Source of the DNA: a virus
Lineage: Duplodnaviria; Caudoviricetes
Strand: one strand, 5' to 3'
Virus record (IMG/VR): IMGVR_UViG_3300020264_000019
Span: 1 to 38,498 of that record
Length of the DNA: 38,498 nt
A program made the position numbers and the translations under genes. The notes under the pieces were generated by a model that saw only the letters and a program-made list of their open reading frames with translations, did no database searches and was not told the DNA's origin. Below are positions 6,001-15,000 of this stretch, one piece after another; positions within the stretch are counted from its first letter, which is position 1; the number at the start of each line of letters is the position of its first letter.

Positions 6001-9000
6001 ATGGCTGCTGTAAAGACTAAGAGAATCTCTGCTCTAATTGAGTCACAGCTCCCTGAATTCATTTCTACTGAGTATGAACTTTTTGCCAAGTTTGTACAGA
6101 AGTATTATGAAGGGCAGGAAGCTCAGGGCGGTCCTTTGGACGTTCTCAGCAACCTACAAAAGTATGCAGACATTGACTTTTATGAGAAGAATCTTCTAAA
6201 ACAAAATGATTCTCTTGCTCTTACTATCAGTGCTGCAGATACTAACATTGTCCTCGTAGATGCTTCCTCGTTCCCCAAGAAGAACGGGTATGTTCGTATT
6301 GGCAATGAGATCATCTTCTATGCCTCTAGAACTGATACAGTCCTTCAAGAGTGTTCTAGAGGCGTTAGCGGCAATACAACTCTAGGTGATCTATACAGTG
6401 CATCTGATTTCCAAAGCACTGAGTCTGCACAGCATGTATCTGGAGAGAAAGTATATAATGTCAGCAACCTGTTCTTGTATGCATTAGTCAAGAACTTTGA
6501 GAATCAATATCTAGGTTCTTTCCCAGAAAAGTATCTCAGTGGGGAAGTCGATAAAAGAACTCTGATCAAGAACATTCAGAAGTTCTACAAAACAAAAGGT
6601 ACTAGTAGTTCAATCAAATTTATCTTTACAACAATTGTTGCTAAAGATGAGGACATCAAACCAGAGGTTTATAATCCAAAAGACTTTACTTACAAAGCAT
6701 CAAAGTCTGATTGGGTCAATGTATTTGCTCTAAAAGTAAAAGTTATTTCTGGTGACCCTAAAAATCTTATTGGTAATAAGATTACACAACCAGAAACAGA
6801 AGAATATCAATTTGTCTCTGCTACTGTAGATAATGTCTATCCAGATGGCACAGCAGATGGTGAAGTAATTTGGAATATCGTACTTGCACCAGAAACTGTC
6901 ACTGGTGAGTTTGCTGTCTCAACTAAGACTACTCTAGAAAAAGACCTACCACAAACTGATGGTGTTGGTAAGCGTGTCAACGCTTTCTCAACCATTGGAT
7001 GGGGTAAGACAGGTGAGATTCTAATCAATCAAGAGACTATTGCTTTTGAAGAGAAGAATATCACTCAGTTTATTATCAAGAATAGAGGTGATGTAACTTA
7101 CAATCATTCTGCTGGCGATTCTATCTACAAACCAGTTATCATTGAAGGTTCGGGAGTTAGTTTACTTACACTTGGTGTTGTATACAACTTTACTCCAAGT
7201 ACACAGCATCCATACTCTACACCAAAAGACAAAATTCAAATTTCTAATCCTGGATTTGAAACTTCTGATGTAAAGATTGTAAAAACTGGAACTAATGAAT
7301 CTCGATGGATTCTAAATCAAAATTTATCTGTAAACGTTCCAACTAACCCATCTGTTGTATCTGAACTAGGTCAGACATCTACAGATATCTCTGCTATTTT
7401 TACAGACGATCAATACTATTATATCACATCTTCTGGTTTCCCATCTTACAAGATCTTAGATGGATCTACGGTAACGGAACCAGTAATGGATCAAAAGTTG
7501 CTTCGCATTATTAGAAAAGAAGCAACTAGAACCACTGAAAAATATAAAACGCCAAAGAGTGAAGTTGGTATTCTTCTGAATGGTGCAAGACTCTATGGAT
7601 ACAAAGATACCGAAAGTATTCGTTTTGGAAGACTTGAGTCTCTAGAAGTCAATACACAAGGCAAAGGATATGCAGCTGCACCATTTGTTCTTCTAGATGG
7701 TGCTTCTGGTAAAGCACGAGCAGTTCTATCTGGTAATGTTGTTGAAAGATACATTGTTGACACAGATACCGTATTTCCACGAGTTCCCACTGTAGAGGTA
7801 ACTTCTGGTAGAGGTGCTGTCGTTACTGCAGTTGTTACTGGTGATGAAATTACTAGTTTGGTAATTGACAATCCTGGTGAATACTATTCTTCTCCACCAC
7901 TGGTTAGAATTACAGATAGCAATGGCAAAGGTAGATTCGCAGACTACACTTCTATTGTCGATACTGATGGCAGAATTACTGGGTTCAATAAAATTTCTGG
8001 TGGTAGATTTTATGGACAGAATACGGTAAAAGTAGATATTCTCCCAGTTGGCAGTGGCGCTAGTGCAACCCCTCTACTTACTGAGTGGAACTATAACAGA
8101 TTTGAAAAACTAAAATCTAATTTAGACACTGAATATGGTCACCTATTCCAAAACTATAACAACGTTTTAGAATATGGTTATGGTCATGTTGGCAATCCAA
8201 AAGCATTGCGTATTGCTCTAAATGATAACATCAGCAATTCTGGAACAGAACCAGCAACCAAAGTACATTCGCCTATCTTAGGTTTTGCATATGATGGCAA
8301 CCCAATCTATGGACCTTTTGCACATGAAGATCCTCTAGATTCTGCTTCATCTATTATTAGAATGACTTCTAGTTATTCTTTGAATGGATCACGTTCTAAT
8401 GGTCCATCATTGACGCAGTACCCACTGGGATCATTTACAAATGACTATACTTATACTCACAAATCTGGAACACTAGACGAGAATAATGGACGATTTTGTA
8501 TTACCCCCGACTTTCCAAAAGGAACTTATGCTTATTTCCTTACTATTGATAGCGATCAAGTACCGCAATACCCATACATTATAGGTGATAACTTCTACTC
8601 TTTGCCAGTAGATAGTAACTATAATTCAAATATCAATCAAAATGATGTTCCAAAGAACTCTAAGAGATACTACATCCCTGGTATGCCAAGGAATGGCGAA
8701 GGTGTTGTAGCGGAAGTTGCAGAAGTAAAGTCTGGAACTGTTGATGCTCTTGCTATCGAGAGATCTTCAGGCAACTTCTCTGTAAACTCTAAAGTCTATT
8801 TTGACAATCAAGGATCTGGAGGTTCTGAAGCAGAAGCACTAGTTGCATCGGTAAAAGGTAAGAATGTACAGTATCTTGACAGTTTTGAAAATAAGGTTGT
8901 CAAACTAACAACTATTCAAAATGCATATCTGTTTACTGATGATATTCTCCGTCAACCATCATCAGCAGCATCTGGAACTATTGTCGGCACAGTCAAAAAC

Positions 9001-12000
9001 GATAATGTAATCGTTCTAAAAGATGTTGTAGGAACATTTGACAACACAGGCACTTTCTCGGCAGATATCAAAACATTCTTTATTCTGTTAGATCAGAAGA
9101 GTTCTTATACACAAGGTGCTACTCTAAGTCTAACTGATGGTATCAATCCACCAATTGCTACTGCAGAAATTCTAAACGGAACTAGCAGTCAAAACGCAGT
9201 GGAGATCAAGGTTCTTAGTGGCGATTGGTTATCCTTTAGTGATGATTACTTCCTACAGTCAAGTGATCTATTCAACACATCTGGTACGAAGATTGTTAGA
9301 CTCACATCTCTGAGTGACAACTTGGAACCATTTGATGTAAATCAAAGCGTTGCTTTGATAGAAACAGATTCAAATCATGGACTAGGCATTGGAGATTCTG
9401 TAAACATTGACATTTTCCCAGAAGATGCTCTGAAGACCAAAAATTATTATCTCAGAAAGAGATTATATCAAGAAGTAGTATTCAAAGCACCATCTTTTAC
9501 TACTGCGATTGATGATACTGGTATCGGAAGATTCCAAGTGTTGAATGGCGGTGCTGATTATGTTGCTGGCACATACAATAATGTTCCTCTAACTGGTGGT
9601 ACTGGAACTGGTGCAACCGCAAACATTACTGTGTCTGAAGCAGGTATTGTATCCAATATCACAATTCAAGCAAAAGGATCTGGATACAGAAAGGCAGATT
9701 ATCTTGGAGTTGATGACGAATCTTTGTCTAGAGCACTTGCATCTCTTAGTACAGCAAGACTAACTCTGTATGTTGATCATGTTGGATTCGCTGCTGGTTC
9801 TTCACTTCTAACTGTAGACAGCACTACTGGCATTTCCAATGGAGATCTTATTTCAGTTGGCGAAGAAATCCTCGAAGTTACTAACGTTACTGGCGCTAAC
9901 ATAACTGTAGTAACAGGCAAGGAAAATACTGTCGCGGTGGATCATTACGATGGTCAAGAAGTTTCTCTATACAAAGCAAGATATAACTTTGACAATGGTT
10001 TCCAAATTGGTGATACTGGTACAGGATTTATCCAATCATACGATTTAGAAACTCAAAAGGCGATTATTGTTTATGATTATGCTATTGATAAGAATACTGC
10101 TCAAGATGTAAAAGTAAGTAGCACTTTCTTTGATTCTAGTAATCCTTCACGTCTAGTCAAAGTTTCCAGTGCAGATCCTATCGAGTTCAAATTTGAATTC
10201 TCTGAAGATAACGTAACTTATATCCCAAATCCAAATATTGATATTCAAGAGTTCTACAAGTATAGATTTGATACTTCACACTCTTCTCTAACTGGTACAT
10301 ACTTTGATCTAAGTCCAAGTAAGAACTATAATATTATTACTACTGAAAAACTAGCATCTACTGTTCTACCAGGAAATCCTGGAGCATTTACAGATGTCAA
10401 GTTTGGATTTGGTTCTAGAATTGCTGATAATAATTATCAGACAAAGACAGGAACTGACTTTACAAATTTCTACTATTTTGATAAGAATGGCATCGTAGAT
10501 TCCGATGGTAAGTATCTAAAAATTATTGTAGATCCTCTTCAAGGTACAAAGACTGTCAATTATGTAACACCAAACAGATTTGTATATGATATTACTTCTA
10601 CTCCACTATGGGATGGATCTGGAACAATTACATATACTACAACTGGACAATTTGCAGTTGGAGAAATCAATAACTTCAAAATCACTAACTTAGGACTAAA
10701 CTACAAGAAAGTTCCTATTGTTCGTGGTGTTGATCCTAACGCTAACTTCAAAGCAAAAGCAACTGTTCTATTTGATACTAATACTAATACTATTATTGGT
10801 GTCAGAGCAGATGAACTAGGTTCTAATTACGTAAATCCAAAAGCAGTAATTGTTGATGGTGACGGTGTTGATGCCCGTTTCAAAATTGTTGTTAGAAATG
10901 GTTCACTATTCTCAATCACTGTAGAAAACCCAGGAAGAGGATATACTTATGCTCCAGTTATTGAAATTGTAGAAGGTGATGTTGAATCCTATGTTGACAG
11001 TGACACTATTGGTGTTCCACAGAGCATCAATATTATCAGAAATGGTGGAGCATTCCACTTGGATAAGACAGTCTCATCTACATTCTCTAGTAAGTATGTT
11101 GTAGCACTGAAAAACTTTAGTGGAGATTTCCAAAAAGGCGAAACGGTCATTCAAAAGATTGGCAATACTGTAGTTTCTAGATCAGTAGTTTCTGAATGGA
11201 GAAGTGGATCTAATCTACTCAAAGTAGAAAATGTAGTTGGATCACTAAGACAAAACGTCTCTATTTCTGGTTCTACTTCTAGAGCAACTGGATCTGTAAG
11301 TTCAATTTTTGTAAGCACCTTTACAGAGAACATTACTGCGTTCTTTGATAATATTGGATATTATAGATCGGATAGAGGTAAACTTGGTGTTTCTAACCAG
11401 AGACTGCTAGACAGTAATTTTTATCAAGACTATTCATACGTTGTAAAATCTAAGACTCCAATTGATCAGTGGAGAGAGTTGATCAAATCGACTACACACC
11501 CTGCTGGTTTCAAACTATTTGGACAAGTTGATATTGAGGCAACTGCTGCTGCAGAAATGCCAGTAGAACTGCCACAGGCAAGTCATTTCAGTGTAATCCA
11601 ACTATGGGATCCAAATAAAAATAAGATCACAGTTGAGAACACCAGAAGAACTGTTACACAAATTGTCCAGAAGGTAGAAAATCAAAGAATCCGAAGAGGT
11701 ATTGGTTCTGCTGCTACTTCCGAATTCAATTTCAATGAATCTCGTGCATTCACATTTAGAATCTATAATAATGCTATTGGATATTATAATGATGTTATTG
11801 CTGAAGGAAAACCATGGTGGGCAAAGAATTCTCTTGATGGATACTACGATGATGATGGTAGACTCCAAGGAACAACAACTTTCCAACTAAGGGATGACAA
11901 GGATCAACCATTTACACCATCAAGTGCAAAAAATCTTATTATCACTTTAGATGGTGTATTACAAGAACCTGGGGTATCATATACCATATCGGGAGATAAT

Positions 12001-15000
12001 ATTGTTTTCTCTCAACCACCACTAGGAGATTCTACAAAACTGACAGGTGCTAATCTTAGTGCCACTACAGATTATGATGGTACAACATTCTATGGAAGAT
12101 ATTTTAGTTTCAAGGATGATCAGTACAATAATAGATATTTCAAAAAGATTAGAAATATTTTCCAACGTGGTGGTAGATGGTTGGATTCTGCAAACCAAAT
12201 TGAGAGAAATAGAGAATTTATTGTCCAAGAATCTGTTGGATATGGTCAAGAGAAATTCCCAGGACTTGACTGGGCAACTAAACTTGATGACTATCAAAGA
12301 GACATTGGATTCATTTTAGATGCATACGAACATGATGTTCGTTTTGGTGGTAATATCAAGACGGTAGATTATACAAGAATCTTTACCCAAGATGATGATT
12401 ACAATTATATCACAAATAATAAAACAGAATCTCTAAGTATTTTCAAGTATGCTACAAATCTAGCAAAACTTGCTGTACGTAACTGGGATGTCGTTGAGCA
12501 GGGTGTTGCATACATCCAAGGATCAACTGCAATGACAGTTAGTGATACCAATAGACTTGCGGTTGGTATGCATGTAAGTTCTGGTAGAGCATTCCCAGAA
12601 GGAACTAAGATTGCTTCTATTGATAGTGACACTCAAATTACACTGTCCCGTGCTGCACTAGAAAACTCTGGTGGTGGTGGAGGTGCTCCACAAGGAACAA
12701 CTTCTTATGATGGAACTAGTGGTGGTAACATTGTTTCCCCCACAAGCACCGCATCAGTAGAACCAGGAGACACTTTTGCAATTGAACCTGGAGATACTTT
12801 TGTTGCTCCAACATCATTCTCAAGTTCAGATAGTGCTACGTTCTATTTCAGTGAGATCAATAACGGAACTTTCTATGATGCTGCTGATATTATTGCTAGA
12901 AATAAACAGTTTATTATTGAAGTTGTAATTGAGGAAGTTTATACATCACCACTGGTTACAACCCCAGCATCAACTGAAACCAAGTGCAGAAGAGATATAG
13001 GTTTCTTTATCGACGCTATTGTATACCATCTACGATTTGGTGGTAATGAAAGAGTAGTCGAATATGCAAGACTTTATTGGACCAACGCTGGATATCCTGC
13101 TGGTGAAGTTTTATCAAACCTAGGAACATCTGACGAGATTGATGCAACTGTATTTGCATGGACTGCTTTGTCTGCAACTTTGAATCAAGCAATGAGACAA
13201 GATTATGATGGTCAAACAGTAAATGGAGTTTCATTTATTACAGATTCCAATGTTGCTATTGATAATCAATTCCCATATTGTGCGGAGGTTGCATCTGCAA
13301 TTGATTCTATGACAGATATCATGATCGATATTATTGAAACTGGAACTGGCGCAGTTGATCCTACCGCAATCAACTCTACCAAGCAAGGAAATTGGACTTC
13401 TCTGAAAGCATACACTAACTATACTATTATTCCAGATACTAATCTTCCTTCAGGTGAATGTGATGATGTTATTTCAAGTATTGATTCTCTGTATGATAAT
13501 CTAGATGATGTTCTTACCGAACAATCTGTTACAAAATCACTTCCTGATTATGTTGACGGAGAGAACAAAGAGTTTGAATTGTATTGGGAAGATGGCACTC
13601 CTGTTTCAACGGAAGAAGATGAAGATCTTTTCTTGAGTCTCAATGCTGTCTTACAGAGACCAAAGTATACAGCAGAGTATCCTGGCGGTGATGCATATCT
13701 AATTACTAGAGATACTATTCCAAACAAACTAGTATTTGATGTTGCCCCAATTTGGGATCAAGATTTTGGTGCAAAGAGTATTGGTGAAGCAACCGCAGTT
13801 GAAAAAGTAGTAGGTGTAGGTGTTGGTAATTACAAGCGCCTCACAATTGATTACGATCTAGTCAATGGTGAAAGAACTGGTCCTTTCTTGATTTTGGATG
13901 TAGAAGACAAGACAGTTCAAACTGTTGAAGATAGAGAATACTTATATGTCTTCTTAGATGGTATTCTCCAAAGAGAAGGATATAGTTACGAAGTATCTGG
14001 TCCAAACATTTACTTCAAAGATGCAATCAAGAAAGAAATGAAGATTGACATGCGCTACCTCTATGGTAGAGATGTTGGTCAAATTCTAAACATTTATGAT
14101 TTTGCTCCTGACACTTATTTTGCTACTGGCACACTAGTATTTGAAGCTACACCAAATACAAATACATTCTTTGATATTTTCCAGACTTATTCTTGGATGG
14201 GAGATAAGATTGGTAGTCCTATTCATGTATGGCAAGTAAAACCAGACGGTACTTACAATGTAATCGGTAAAGTTGGCAACCTCTTCCGTACAAATACTAC
14301 AATCAAATTTGATATTATCAAAGCACAAAATGCAGGTATTATCGATGATCTAGATATTGTATTTGCCACGGAAGGTGCATATGATAGAAACATTACACTT
14401 TCTGCAAACGACCATCAAAATAATATCACTATTACTCTAGAAAAAGATGAAGAAGGAAGAAAACTTCTAAGAAGCGATAATCAAATTTGGGCAGGAACTA
14501 TTCTTGGCAAAACTTATAAGAATCCTTTTGTAAGTCTATCTAATGGCGATAAGATTCGTGTCGAGGGTGAAGAAAAGTTCAGAAATATCAAAAAACTGCC
14601 ATCCGTAACTACCAGCAAGGATGGTAGAGATGGAAAGCAACTATCAAATGACATATTTGGTGCTGTCTCAGTTGAGACCTATTCTGGAATTACTAGAGGT
14701 GAAGGTCTGTCTGTAATTGCTACTATTGAGAATGGTTCTGTTGTATCTCTATCATGGAACCAGCGTAGTTATGATCCATTGACTCAACCAACTGCATATC
14801 AATACTTTACTCCACCAGTTCTGGAGTTTATTCCAGAAAATGGAGAAGGTGGCGGTGCCAAAGCATATGTCCTTGTAAGTAAAGGACAAGTTGTTAGTGT
14901 TGAACTAGTTGATGGTGGATCTGGATATACAGAAGCACCAAAAGTTGTTGTTGCTAGAAAATATCAAATTCTAAATGAAAGAGATATTGGTGTATCTCTC

